A DNA stretch of 64,000 nucleotides, from NCBI GenBank assembly GCA_965203905.1, contig CBDBDQ010000005.1, forward strand, positions 4,128,001-4,192,000. The letters run 5' to 3'. Made by a program: the position numbers and the translations under genes. The notes beneath the pieces are model-generated. The model saw only the letters and a program-made list of their open reading frames with translations, did no database searches and had not been told where the DNA came from. The stretch comes from Spirochaetia bacterium (GTDB lineage: Bacteria > Spirochaetota > Spirochaetia > SZUA-6 > Bin103). Of the stretch, positions 39,691-48,948 are shown one piece after another (the first letter of the stretch is position 1; each line of letters starts with the position of its first letter).

Positions 39691-41247
39691 TCACATGCCC
39701 CACACGTCGACCGGCACGGCGCCATCGCCGCGCCGGAGATGGAATACCTTCTCCTCCCAGCTCCGGTTCTCCCGCCGGTCGATGACCACCAGGTGCCCTG
39801 CCTCCGCCGCGCTGCGGTCCACGTAGCGCGCCGTCTGCTCCACGCCCTCGTCCACCACGCTTTCCAGCCCGTCGTGCTCGCGCACCACCTTGCACTCCAC
39901 CACGAACTCCTGCACCCGGTCCGCCAGCGGCCACACGATCAGCAGGTCGACCCTGCCGCTCCCCAGTGCGTACTCCCGCTCGATGCGGCCGCCGCTGTTC
40001 ACCACGCCCTGCAAGTACGCCTGCAGGAGCAGCTGCGGCCACGCCTCCTCGTAGGCGAAGCGGTTCCGCCAGTGCTCGGAGTGGCGGCGGAAGAAGCTCT
40101 GAAACTCCACCATCAGCAACTCCGCGTCCAGGCTGCCGTCCGCTTTCACGTACCGCGGCGGCGACAGGTCCAGCGTCTCCTGCACCACCCACGCCAGTTC
40201 GCGCGGCAGCACTTCGGCGTAGATCGGGTTCGCCACCCGCAACGGCGCGTCACGGGCCACCAGCCCCAGGTCGCGTGCGTACCCGATGTCGCGGTCCGTG
40301 AAGGTGTGCCGCTCCGTGCCGCTCAGCATCGGCTCGATCACCCGCCGCACGCGGTCCTCGCGCAGCTTGTCCGCCAGGTAGTCCAGGTGGGTGACCCGGT
40401 TCACGACAAGCTTCTCGCGCACCGCGGCGATGTCGTCCGCGGTCACCGTGAGCGAACGATCTTCGCGCAGCGTCCTGTTCTCGAAGCAGGCACCGTACGC
40501 CAGCGCGTTCACCAGCCACGGCTGGCCGCGCGTCTGCGTCCACACCGCCTGCAGCGCCTCCGGGGCGAACGCCTGGCCGGTCTCTTCGGTGTGCTGACCC
40601 AGCAGCGCCAGCGTCTGCTCGCGCGTGAAGTCGCCCAGGCGCAGCGACGCGGCGGCGATGTTGAACGGGCTGCCGGCGGCGCCCATGCGGTAGTCGCGCA
40701 CGTCGCGCATGCCGCACAGGACCACGCTGTGCGGAAAGCGCTCCGGACGCCCGGGGTAGCCGGCGCGGAGTTGCTGGAGCACCGACAACAGCGAATCGCC
40801 CACCAGCGTGTCGATCTCGTCGATCAGCAGCACCAGCGGTCCCGGCGACGCCTGCGCCCAGCGATACAGCGCTTCACCCAGTGCCTCGTCGGCACCGACT
40901 CGCGCCAGGACGTCCGGCCAGATGTCGTCCAGAAAGCCGTCATCGAGCGTCGCCCGCGCCTGCGACGCCAGCCTGACGAGCACCGAGCGCATTGCCCGTT
41001 GCACGTCGTCGCGCGCGGTGCGAGCGGTTTCGACCGTAACGTACACGCACCGGTAGCCGCGCCCGTTCAGCACTTCGGCCAGCGCCAGCAGCGCCGATGT
41101 CTTGCCAGTCTGCCGCGGCGCGTGCAGGACGAAGTACTTCTTGTCTCGTACCAGGCCGAGCACTTGGTCCTGGTCGATCCTCGATAGCGGCGCGATCAGG
41201 TAGTGATCGGTCTGATTGACGGGGCCGGCGGTGTTGAACGAACGCAT
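39691..41247 (-). CDS. AAA ATPase with C-terminal PD-(D/E)XK-like domain
   Basis: FNTAGP, HAPRQTGKTS, LLIDEID, GQPWLVN, GRVDLLI...VVECK. Confidence 0.85.
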   Translation of the reverse strand: MRSFNTAGPVNQTDHYLIAPLSRIDQDQVLGLVRDKKYFVLHAPRQTGKTSALLALAEVLNGRGYRCVYVTVETARTARDDVQRAMRSVLVRLASQARATLDDGFLDDIWPDVLARVGADEALGEALYRWAQASPGPLVLLIDEIDTLVGDSLLSVLQQLRAGYPGRPERFPHSVVLCGMRDVRDYRMGAAGSPFNIAAASLRLGDFTREQTLALLGQHTEETGQAFAPEALQAVWTQTRGQPWLVNALAYGACFENRTLREDRSLTVTADDIAAVREKLVVNRVTHLDYLADKLREDRVRRVIEPMLSGTERHTFTDRDIGYARDLGLVARDAPLRVANPIYAEVLPRELAWVVQETLDLSPPRYVKADGSLDAELLMVEFQSFFRRHSEHWRNRFAYEEAWPQLLLQAYLQGVVNSGGRIEREYALGSGRVDLLIVWPLADRVQEFVVECKVVREHDGLESVVDEGVEQTARYVDRSAAEAGHLVVIDRRENRSWEEKVFHLRRGDGAVPVDVWGM

Positions 41248-41412
41248 GGACCGGGCGCTCCGGTCCGCACTGTATCACAAGCGCTCGATGCGACCTGACA
41301 CGGCCAGCGTCGCGGCTCAACGCCGGGTGGCAATCAAGCGCGTGACCGCGAAACCACACAGCGGGTACATTACAAGCGACGCGAGTCCTCTCGCCAAGGA
41401 GCCCCCTCTACC

Positions 41413-43122
41413 ATGTCCAGACTACGAACACCGATTCTCACGGCGCTGGCGGTCGTTACGCTGGCGGTGGCAGCCGCGGCCGAGCGCGGTACCGACGGCG
41501 AGCTGAGGATGCTCTATTGGCAGGCGCCGTCGATCCTCAACCCGTACCTGTCGGGAGGCACCAAGGACATCCATGCGGCCTCGCTGATCCTGGAGCCGCT
41601 GGCACGCTACGACGAGCACGGCGAGATGGTCGCGTGGCTGGCGGCCGAGATTCCCACCCTGGAAAACGGCGGCGTGGCGCAGGATCTCAGGTCGATCACC
41701 TGGAAGCTGCGCGAAGACGTGGTGTGGTCGGACGGCACGCCGTTCACCGCCGCGGACGTGGCCTTCACCGCGGCCTACTGCCGGGACCCGAGTGGCGGCT
41801 GCGCGTCGCTGGCGGCGTTCCAGGGCGTCGGCTCGGTCGAGGCGGTCGGCGACCACACGGTGCGGATCAACTTCGACGTGCCCATGCCGTTCCCCTACGC
41901 GCCGTTCGTGGGCTCGGTCATGCCGATCCTGCAGCAGCGCCAGTTCGAGGACTGCAGGGGGGCGCGCGCGCCGGAGTGCACCAGCGAGAACTTCGCTCCT
42001 GTCGGCACCGGTCCGTTCGAGGTGGCGGAGTTCCGGCCCAACGACGTGGTGCGCTACGTGGTCAACGAGCGTTACCGCGACCCCGACCGGCCGGCCTTCT
42101 CGTCGGTGCTGCTGAAGGGCGGCGGCGACGCCGTCTCGTCCGCCCGCGCGGTGCTGGTGACCGGCGAGTTCGACTACGGCTGGAACCTGCAGGTGGAGCC
42201 CGAGATCCTGGCCGACATGGAACGCGCCGGCAAGGGCGAGGTGCTGTCCGCCTTCGGCACCTTCGTCGAACGGCTGGTGATCAACCTGACCAATCCCGAC
42301 TCGGCGCTCGGCGACAAGCGCTCGACCCACCAGGGCGGCAGCAATCCGCACCCGTTCCTTGCCGAACCGGCGGTGGTGCGTGCTTTGTCGCTGGCGATCG
42401 ACCGTGACATCCTGGTGGAGGCCGGCTACGGTCCCGCCGGCCGGGTGACCTGCAACGTGTTGCCCGCCCCGGCGGCGTACGCCTCCACCGCCAACGACTG
42501 GTGCCTGACGCAGGACATCGAGTACGCCAACCGGATCCTGGACGATGCGGGCTGGGTGCGCGGCCGCGGCGGCATCCGCGAAAAGGACGGCGTGCGGCTG
42601 TCGATCCTCTACCAGACCTCGACCAACTCGGTGCGCCAGGGCACGCAGGCGCTGATCAAGCAGATGTGGCGCGAGATCGGCGTGGACACCGAGCTGCGCA
42701 ACATCAACGCCTCGGTGTTCTTCGGCAGCGACCCGGCCAGCCCCGACACCTACCAGAAGTTCTACGCCGACATCCAGATGTATACCAGCAACTTCGATGG
42801 CACCGATCCGCAGGCCTACATGGCGGGCTGGGTATGCGACAAGATCCCGGGCCCCGAGAACCAGTGGAACGGCAGCAACATCTCGCGCTACTGCAACCCG
42901 GAGTACGACGCCCTTGCCGCCGAGTTCGCCGAGACCGGCGGCATCGAGCAGCGCGCGGCGATCGCCAAGCGCATGAACGACCTGCTGATCGAGGACGGAG
43001 CGCTGATCCCGCTGATCCACCGCGGCGAGGTCGCCGCCCGCTCCCTGACCCTCGGCGGCATGCGCCACAACGCCTGGGACGCGACGCTGTGGAACATTCA
43101 CGAGTGGCATCGCATCGAGTGA
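41413..43122 (+). CDS. Peptide ABC transporter substrate-binding protein
   Basis: YWQAPSILNPYLSGGTKD, WSDGTPFTAADV, GTGPF, WNIHEW. Confidence 0.93.
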   Translation: MSRLRTPILTALAVVTLAVAAAAERGTDGELRMLYWQAPSILNPYLSGGTKDIHAASLILEPLARYDEHGEMVAWLAAEIPTLENGGVAQDLRSITWKLREDVVWSDGTPFTAADVAFTAAYCRDPSGGCASLAAFQGVGSVEAVGDHTVRINFDVPMPFPYAPFVGSVMPILQQRQFEDCRGARAPECTSENFAPVGTGPFEVAEFRPNDVVRYVVNERYRDPDRPAFSSVLLKGGGDAVSSARAVLVTGEFDYGWNLQVEPEILADMERAGKGEVLSAFGTFVERLVINLTNPDSALGDKRSTHQGGSNPHPFLAEPAVVRALSLAIDRDILVEAGYGPAGRVTCNVLPAPAAYASTANDWCLTQDIEYANRILDDAGWVRGRGGIREKDGVRLSILYQTSTNSVRQGTQALIKQMWREIGVDTELRNINASVFFGSDPASPDTYQKFYADIQMYTSNFDGTDPQAYMAGWVCDKIPGPENQWNGSNISRYCNPEYDALAAEFAETGGIEQRAAIAKRMNDLLIEDGALIPLIHRGEVAARSLTLGGMRHNAWDATLWNIHEWHRIE

Positions 43123-43148
43123 CGTAGCACGGAGGCGCGGGCATTGGC

Positions 43149-44162
43149 ATGCTGCGCTACGCGATCCGCCGCCTGCTGTTCGCCATCCCCACCCTGCTGG
43201 CGATCAGCTTCGTCGTGTTCGCGCTGCTGGATCTGGCACCGGGTGATCCCACCGCGCAGCTTCCGCTGACCATCCCGCCGGAGACGCGGGAGCTGATCCG
43301 GCAGAGTCTCGGACTGGGGGAGTCGTTCCACGTGCGCTACGTGCGCTGGCTGGAGCAGTTCCTGGCCAACGAGCCGCTCAACCTGGTCGAGGTGCTGCTC
43401 GGCATCGAGATCGGCGATTCCGCAGGCCGCCTGCGGGTCAGTTCCTGGGCTACCCGCTCGCCGGTGGTGGACCTGATCGCCCAGCGGCTGCCGCAGACCA
43501 TGACCGTGGTGGGCGTCTCCTACCTGGTGGCGATCCTGATCGCGGTGCCGGTGGGCGTGTTCTCGGCCTACCGCCAGTACTCGCTGTTCGACCAGGTCGG
43601 CACCCTGGTCACCATGGTGGGGTTCTCGGTGCCCACCTTCTTCACCGGCACCGTGCTGATCGTGATTTTCAGCGGCCTGCTGGGCTGGCTGCCGTCGATC
43701 TACGACACCACCCACCGAGTAACCGACCTGGCCAGCTTCGGCTACCAGCTCAAGCAGATGGCGATGCCGGTGATGGTGCTGGCGCTGTTCAGCGCCGCCC
43801 AGATCAGCCGCTTCACCCGCTCCGCGGTGCTCGACACCCTGCACCAGGAGTACGTGCGCACGGCGCGCGCCAAGGGCCTGTCGGAGCCGCTGGTGATCCT
43901 GGTGCACGTGCTGCGCAACAGCATGATCCCGGTGGTCACGGTGATCGCGCTGGGCCTCCCCACCACCTTCGCGGGCGCCATCATCACCGAGCAGATCTTC
44001 CGCATCAACGGCGTCGGGGCATTGCTGATCGGGGCGATCGAGGGCGCCGACATCCCCACCGTGCAGACCGTGACCTTCATCTTCGCGGGCCTGATCGTGT
44101 TCTTCAACCTGGTCGCCGACCTGCTCTACGGGATGCTCGACCCGCGCATCCGCTATGACTAG
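43149..44162 (+). CDS. ABC permease (OppB-like)
   Basis: YAIRRLL, APGDP, EYVRTARAKGL, LDPRIRYD. Confidence 0.93.
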   Translation: MLRYAIRRLLFAIPTLLAISFVVFALLDLAPGDPTAQLPLTIPPETRELIRQSLGLGESFHVRYVRWLEQFLANEPLNLVEVLLGIEIGDSAGRLRVSSWATRSPVVDLIAQRLPQTMTVVGVSYLVAILIAVPVGVFSAYRQYSLFDQVGTLVTMVGFSVPTFFTGTVLIVIFSGLLGWLPSIYDTTHRVTDLASFGYQLKQMAMPVMVLALFSAAQISRFTRSAVLDTLHQEYVRTARAKGLSEPLVILVHVLRNSMIPVVTVIALGLPTTFAGAIITEQIFRINGVGALLIGAIEGADIPTVQTVTFIFAGLIVFFNLVADLLYGMLDPRIRYD

Positions 44163-45150
44163 CGACCCTGCTGGCGCCCCCGCGGCGTCCGCCCGCGCCG
44201 CAGGGCACGGGGTGCCGCGCGCCCAGCCGGACCGCGCCCACAGGCACGCCGTGTGGCACCGGCTGCGCCACCATCCAGGCGCCATCGCCGGCGCCGCCGT
44301 GTTCGCGGTGGTCGCGCTGGCGGTGCTGTTCGGCTCGTTCGTGCACGGCGTCGATCCTCACTACCTCGACTACCGCGCCAAGAACCAGGGCATGTCGCTG
44401 GCGCACCCGCTCGGCACCGACAACCTGGGCCGCGACACCTTCGCCCGCCTGCTGGCCGGCGGCCGCCTGTCGCTGGCGGTGGGCGTGGCCGCGATGACCC
44501 TGTCGCTGACCGTGGGCACGGTGATCGGCGTGTTGTCCGGCTTCTTCCGCCGCCTCGACGGCCCGCTGATGCGCTTCACCGACCTGTTTCTGGCGCTGCC
44601 CGTGCTGCCGCTGCTGATGGTCAGCACCATGCTGTTCCGCGAACCGCTGCGCGCGGCCTTGGGGCTGGAGGCGGGCATCTTCGTTCTCGTGGTGGGCGTG
44701 ATCGGCATCACGAGCTGGATGCAGACCGCCCGCATCGTGCGCGGACAGGTGCTCGCCATCCGCGTACGGGAATACGTGGTGGCCGCCCGCAGCATCGGCG
44801 CCCGCCCCTGGCGCATCATCCTGCGGCACGTGTTCCCCAACACGCTGAGCCCCATCGTGGTCGCCGCCACCCTGGACATCGCCCAGGCGATCATCACCGA
44901 GAGCGCCCTCAGCTTCCTCGGCCTCGGCTTCCCCTCCGACTTCCCCACCTGGGGCCGCCTGCTCTACGACGGCGTGCCCTTCCTCACCCTCACCCCGGAC
45001 CGCGTCATCTGGCCCGGCCTCGCCATCTCCCTCACCGTGCTCAGCGTCAACTTCCTCGGCGACGGCCTCCGCGACGCCCTCGACCCCCACGCCATATCTA
45101 TGAATCGCCGTACACGACGGGACGCTACCACGCCTCCCTCCGCGTCATAG
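44155..45150 (+). CDS. ABC permease (OppC-like)
   Basis: HPLGTDNLGRD, EYVVAARSIGA, LSFLGLG, GDGLRDALDP. Confidence 0.93.
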   Translation: MTSDPAGAPAASARAAGHGVPRAQPDRAHRHAVWHRLRHHPGAIAGAAVFAVVALAVLFGSFVHGVDPHYLDYRAKNQGMSLAHPLGTDNLGRDTFARLLAGGRLSLAVGVAAMTLSLTVGTVIGVLSGFFRRLDGPLMRFTDLFLALPVLPLLMVSTMLFREPLRAALGLEAGIFVLVVGVIGITSWMQTARIVRGQVLAIRVREYVVAARSIGARPWRIILRHVFPNTLSPIVVAATLDIAQAIITESALSFLGLGFPSDFPTWGRLLYDGVPFLTLTPDRVIWPGLAISLTVLSVNFLGDGLRDALDPHAISMNRRTRRDATTPPSAS

Positions 45151-45936
45151 AATCTGCCCACCAAGCGATACAGCCGTTGCATCCTCAGCACCCAATAGCT
45201 TGAATTCATCTGCCTCCATTGGTTCATAGCCCTGAGGCCAATGACCGCCCAACTCGATCAGGACCCTCTGCTTCGACGGTGCCGGGACGGGATTCATTCT
45301 CACCACACGGGCCCGGTAATCGCCCGGTGAATGAGCCATCGCAGTCACTAGATCGCTGACCAAATACCGTGGAGCCCAGCCGATCATGTGGTACTTCGTC
45401 GTTTGAATCTGAACCGCCAGCGTAGTCTGTGGGTTAGTAAGCTCGATAGTCACGAAGAGCTTGTCATCGGGCTCCAGACGATCGATCGCTGCCTGAGCAT
45501 CAGTGTTCGTATGACGCCATCCGTGCAGAAAAAACCGGCAACTGAATGACCCATCAGGCTGTTTCCTGATCTTGGGAAATACCTGAAAATTGTCGGTCGC
45601 TCGGTAACCACCGTCTACCGCTAGGATCTCTAGCGGATCGGGAGACTCGTCGACAATATCGAGAAATGAAAGGTATTCGTAGAAGCTCCTACGCTGATAG
45701 TTCATGACACGATTCTTGAACAGTGGGAATAACCAAGAGGACGTATAGCGGTGATTGAAGTTTGGGAAATCGTACAGCGGAGCGAATCCACTCCGTGCCG
45801 CGGCCTCCGCCGCTCCTTGTGTGTAACCGAATGAGTACTGAGGCGGGGAGTCATCCACATCTAGCCTCCCAACCGGGTACCAGCGATGCGCACGGGGGTC
45901 TCGCCAGCCCAAGAACAGCGTTTTTTGATTGTTCAT
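45145..45936 (-). CDS. HIRAN-domain protein with HipA-N/HipS-like N-terminus
   Basis: WYPVGRL...YSFGY...LFPLFKNRV N-terminal part; FFLHGWRH...ELTNPQTTLAVQI...IGWAPRYL HIRAN-like part. Confidence 0.75.
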   Translation of the reverse strand: MNNQKTLFLGWRDPRAHRWYPVGRLDVDDSPPQYSFGYTQGAAEAAARSGFAPLYDFPNFNHRYTSSWLFPLFKNRVMNYQRRSFYEYLSFLDIVDESPDPLEILAVDGGYRATDNFQVFPKIRKQPDGSFSCRFFLHGWRHTNTDAQAAIDRLEPDDKLFVTIELTNPQTTLAVQIQTTKYHMIGWAPRYLVSDLVTAMAHSPGDYRARVVRMNPVPAPSKQRVLIELGGHWPQGYEPMEADEFKLLGAEDATAVSLGGQIL

Positions 45937-46853
45937 ACCAATGAATGTAACTCGCCGAGATTGTACGTGACAAGACGCACGACGAATTCTCTCGCCAAGC
46001 CACTCATCCAGGAAACAGGAATCTTGGAGACGATCTCCTGAACATGTTCTACGGTCAGATTATCGACCTTTCTCAGTGCATTACGAAAGAACATCCCGTA
46101 GTCGGGCTGTTCCACACCCCATCGAATCAACCCTAGGGGAGACGGTCCACGACGGCTGTCCTCGCTTACGAAAATCGCGCCAGGAGCCCGCTCGGAATAC
46201 CGATCGATTCCTAGTTCGTTCAGAATACGGTGTCGGCTCTTACCTCTTCCGGTATCCAGCAACTCGCGACCCAGTGAGGACGCGTGGTCGAATGTAGGTG
46301 CCAGACGACCCTTCAGATTGCCGTCAACAACCTTACCTAGGATGCCCCAATTTTCGTGATGGCGGTCTACATTGCCAATCACGGCATCAAGAAGGAGGTA
46401 CTCTGCAAGTCGCGATCGACATCGATCAGCGAATTCATCCGACGGGAAAACGCTCATACTGTGAAAGATCCGCTGAACCGTGTGCATACTGTGTCCGAAG
46501 CGTTGCGCAGGGTTGTAGGCTTCGTCAAGGCCGGCCAGAATCTGGTTGCCATGATACAACTCGTAGCCCGAAGCGAAACTCCTTGCCACCGATCCTCGCC
46601 TCCGCCCGCCACCCTGCTCGCAATACTGTGCAAGCTCTACCTTGGGTGCCGTTATACGCATCCTACGTGCGATCTCGTAGGCGACCTTCTCCGCCCAATG
46701 CTGACCAGTGTTCTCGGTGGGAAACTTGAACAACCAGTCACATTCTTGGGGGTCATCCGGATCTCGAAACCAAAATTTATCCTTGGTGCCCATTTGCTCG
46801 GACTGCGTCTCCCAGTGAGGATGGACATCCATGACAGGATAGTCTGAGCACAT
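45933..46853 (-). CDS. HipA/CtkA-like Ser/Thr kinase
   Basis: MGTKDKFW, WLFK, WAEKVA, DAVIGNVDRHHENWG, LAPTFDHASSLG; ATGA overlap with the HIRAN gene. Confidence 0.85.
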   Translation of the reverse strand: MCSDYPVMDVHPHWETQSEQMGTKDKFWFRDPDDPQECDWLFKFPTENTGQHWAEKVAYEIARRMRITAPKVELAQYCEQGGGRRRGSVARSFASGYELYHGNQILAGLDEAYNPAQRFGHSMHTVQRIFHSMSVFPSDEFADRCRSRLAEYLLLDAVIGNVDRHHENWGILGKVVDGNLKGRLAPTFDHASSLGRELLDTGRGKSRHRILNELGIDRYSERAPGAIFVSEDSRRGPSPLGLIRWGVEQPDYGMFFRNALRKVDNLTVEHVQEIVSKIPVSWMSGLAREFVVRLVTYNLGELHSLV

Positions 46854-46859
46854 TCTTCG

Positions 46860-47055
46860 CTACATCCACTGCCTGATTGACCCGATTGGATCGGGGGCAT
46901 CTATCGGCCAGCACTCTGCCTCGTAGGCCTCTACCAGCGTTACCAGGACGTCCAGGGTGTCACTCTCAGGTGTGTTCGGTACGGCGCCCATCAGATTGTC
47001 GATGACTGTCAATTCCGCTTCGTAGTCGGCCTCGGTCTTGATTGGCTTGATTACT
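46860..47055 (-). pseudogene. higA: Truncated HigA-type antitoxin (HTH lost)
   Basis: IKPIKTEADYEAEL...PNTPESDTLDVLVTLVEAYE...PDPI, then a stop before the HTH. Confidence 0.75.
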
Positions 47056-47162
47056 TCCGATGACACCCCCAACCTCCCATCATTCTACTATAGTCGACTG
47101 GTGCGCTCGACACGAGGCGACATCGGCTTGACGGACTGCCGGGCATGACACACTTTGTGCGC

Positions 47163-47405
47163 ATGAAGCGGATCGCGGTCCGGACACAGCATTTGACGAC
47201 CAGCGAATGGGTCCGCCGCGCGGCGCTCGGCGAGGGGGTGGTGATCACCGACTGCGGGCGCCCGGTGGCGTCTCTGCCGCCCGTTCGCCCAGGTGACCTG
47301 AGCACACCGTTCCGGCAGCGCTGCACGTTGCCCGAGTTCGATGCCCTGCCGCCGGTGTGCGGCTGCTCCGGCGTGCATGTATCGCAAGACCGCGACCGCG
47401 GGTGA
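47163..47405 (+). CDS. Phd/YefM-like (VapB) antitoxin, possibly decaying
   Basis: MKRIAVR...EWVRRA...VVITDCGRPVASL...VSQDRDRG. Confidence 0.65.
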   Translation: MKRIAVRTQHLTTSEWVRRAALGEGVVITDCGRPVASLPPVRPGDLSTPFRQRCTLPEFDALPPVCGCSGVHVSQDRDRG

Positions 47406-47471
47406 CAGCGTCTGCTGGATGTGGCTGCGGCGTTGGGCATTCAGGGGCGCAACGTGATTCGGATGGAGTAG
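47402..47471 (+). pseudogene. Internally deleted VapC/PIN toxin remnant
   Basis: GTGA overlap with the antitoxin stop, directly followed by QRLLDVAAALGIQGRNVIRME*, which resembles a PIN C-terminus. Confidence 0.45.
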
Positions 47472-47476
47472 CAAGG

Positions 47477-48904
47477 ATGTATCAACAGATCTTTGCGCCG
47501 GAGACGTTTCGCATGCGGCGGCGGCGGGTGGCGGATCGGATCGGGGCTGGGGCCGTAGCGGTCGTTCAGGGGGCGCGCGGTTCGGGGTCGCATGACCAGT
47601 TTCGGCAGAGCAACGAGTTGTTCTACCTGTGCGGGGTAGAGGTGCCGCATGCCTACCTGGTGATCGACGGCGGCGATGGCACGGCCGCGCTGTTCCTGCC
47701 GCACCAGGACCGGCACAGCGTCGAGGCGGAGGGCGAGCACCTGTCTGCCGACAACGCGGATCGGGCGCGAGAGCTTACCGGCGTGGACCGGGTGGCGGCG
47801 CTCGCGGCGCTGCCGGCGGCGCTACGTGGGGTGGCGGCGATCTGGACGCCGCTGTCGCCGGCGGAGGGGGCGCGTTCCAGTTGGGACACGCTGCGGCGCG
47901 CGCAGGAGGAGGCGGAGGGCGACCCGTTCGACGGCGGCCCGGCGCGGGAGGCGGCGTTTGCCGGCCTGCTGCGGCAGCGGTATCCCGCGGCACGCATCGA
48001 AGACCTGTCGCCGGTGCTGGACGAGATGCGGCTGGTCAAGGACGCGCAGGAGGTGGCGGTGCTGCGCGAGGCGGGGGCGGTCTGCGCCGATGCGTTGACT
48101 GCCTGCATGCGCGCCACGGCGCCCGGGGTGATCGAATACCAGCTCGCCGGCGTGCTGGAGTACCACTACCGGGTCAGCGGATCGCGCGGCGCCTCCTACC
48201 ATCCGATCATCGCCGGCGGCAGCAACGCCTGGTACGGGCACTACAACGCCAACGACGCGCCGCTCGCCGCCGGCGACCTGGTGCTGCTGGACTGCGCTCC
48301 CGATCACCACTACTACACGTCGGACATCACCCGCATGTGGCCGGTGAACGGCACCTACAGCGACACTCATCGCGCCTTGTACGGGTTCATGGTCGCCTAC
48401 CACAAGGCGCTGCTGGCCGGCATCCGGCCCGGACGCACCGACGACGAGATCCACCGCGAGGCGGCGCAGGCAATGGCCGCCTACCTGGACCGGACGCCGT
48501 TCGCCGACCCCGTGCACGAGCGGGCCGCCCGCAGTGCCCTGGAGTTCCCGCACCACCTGTCTCACCCGGTAGGCATGGCGGTGCACGACGTCAGCCACTA
48601 CCGCGGCAAGCCGCTGCGGCCCGGCATCGTGTTTTCGGTGGATCCGCAGATGCGCATCCCCGAGGAGCGGCTCTACCTGCGGGTGGAGGACACGGTGGTG
48701 GTCACCGAGGACGGCTGCGAGAACCTCACCGCGGGAGCGCCGCTGGAGATGGACGACGTCGAAGCGACGATGCGCGAACCCGGGATGATCCAGCGGAGGG
48801 ACGAACGGGTACTGGGTAGCATGCGCGACCGTACGAAACTCGTCGGCGACATCGTCTCACCGGCATCGGACCCATCGGACTGGGAGGTGCTGCGTCAGAC
48901 TTGA
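47477..48904 (+). CDS. Xaa-Pro aminopeptidase (M24B) with foreign C-terminal tail
   Basis: FRQSNELFYLCG, RLVKD, YTSDITRMWP, HPVGMAVHDV, RVEDTVVVTEDGCENLT. Confidence 0.88.
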   Translation: MYQQIFAPETFRMRRRRVADRIGAGAVAVVQGARGSGSHDQFRQSNELFYLCGVEVPHAYLVIDGGDGTAALFLPHQDRHSVEAEGEHLSADNADRARELTGVDRVAALAALPAALRGVAAIWTPLSPAEGARSSWDTLRRAQEEAEGDPFDGGPAREAAFAGLLRQRYPAARIEDLSPVLDEMRLVKDAQEVAVLREAGAVCADALTACMRATAPGVIEYQLAGVLEYHYRVSGSRGASYHPIIAGGSNAWYGHYNANDAPLAAGDLVLLDCAPDHHYYTSDITRMWPVNGTYSDTHRALYGFMVAYHKALLAGIRPGRTDDEIHREAAQAMAAYLDRTPFADPVHERAARSALEFPHHLSHPVGMAVHDVSHYRGKPLRPGIVFSVDPQMRIPEERLYLRVEDTVVVTEDGCENLTAGAPLEMDDVEATMREPGMIQRRDERVLGSMRDRTKLVGDIVSPASDPSDWEVLRQT

Positions 48905-48948
48905 ATCTGTTCAGGCGCAAACTGCTCACGAGCCTGGTTCAGAACACG

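Noticed and set aside
39691-41247. AAA-PD-(D/E)XK gene as a novel defence system
   Set aside because: Belongs to a widespread, often multicopy family; stand-alone here with no partner.
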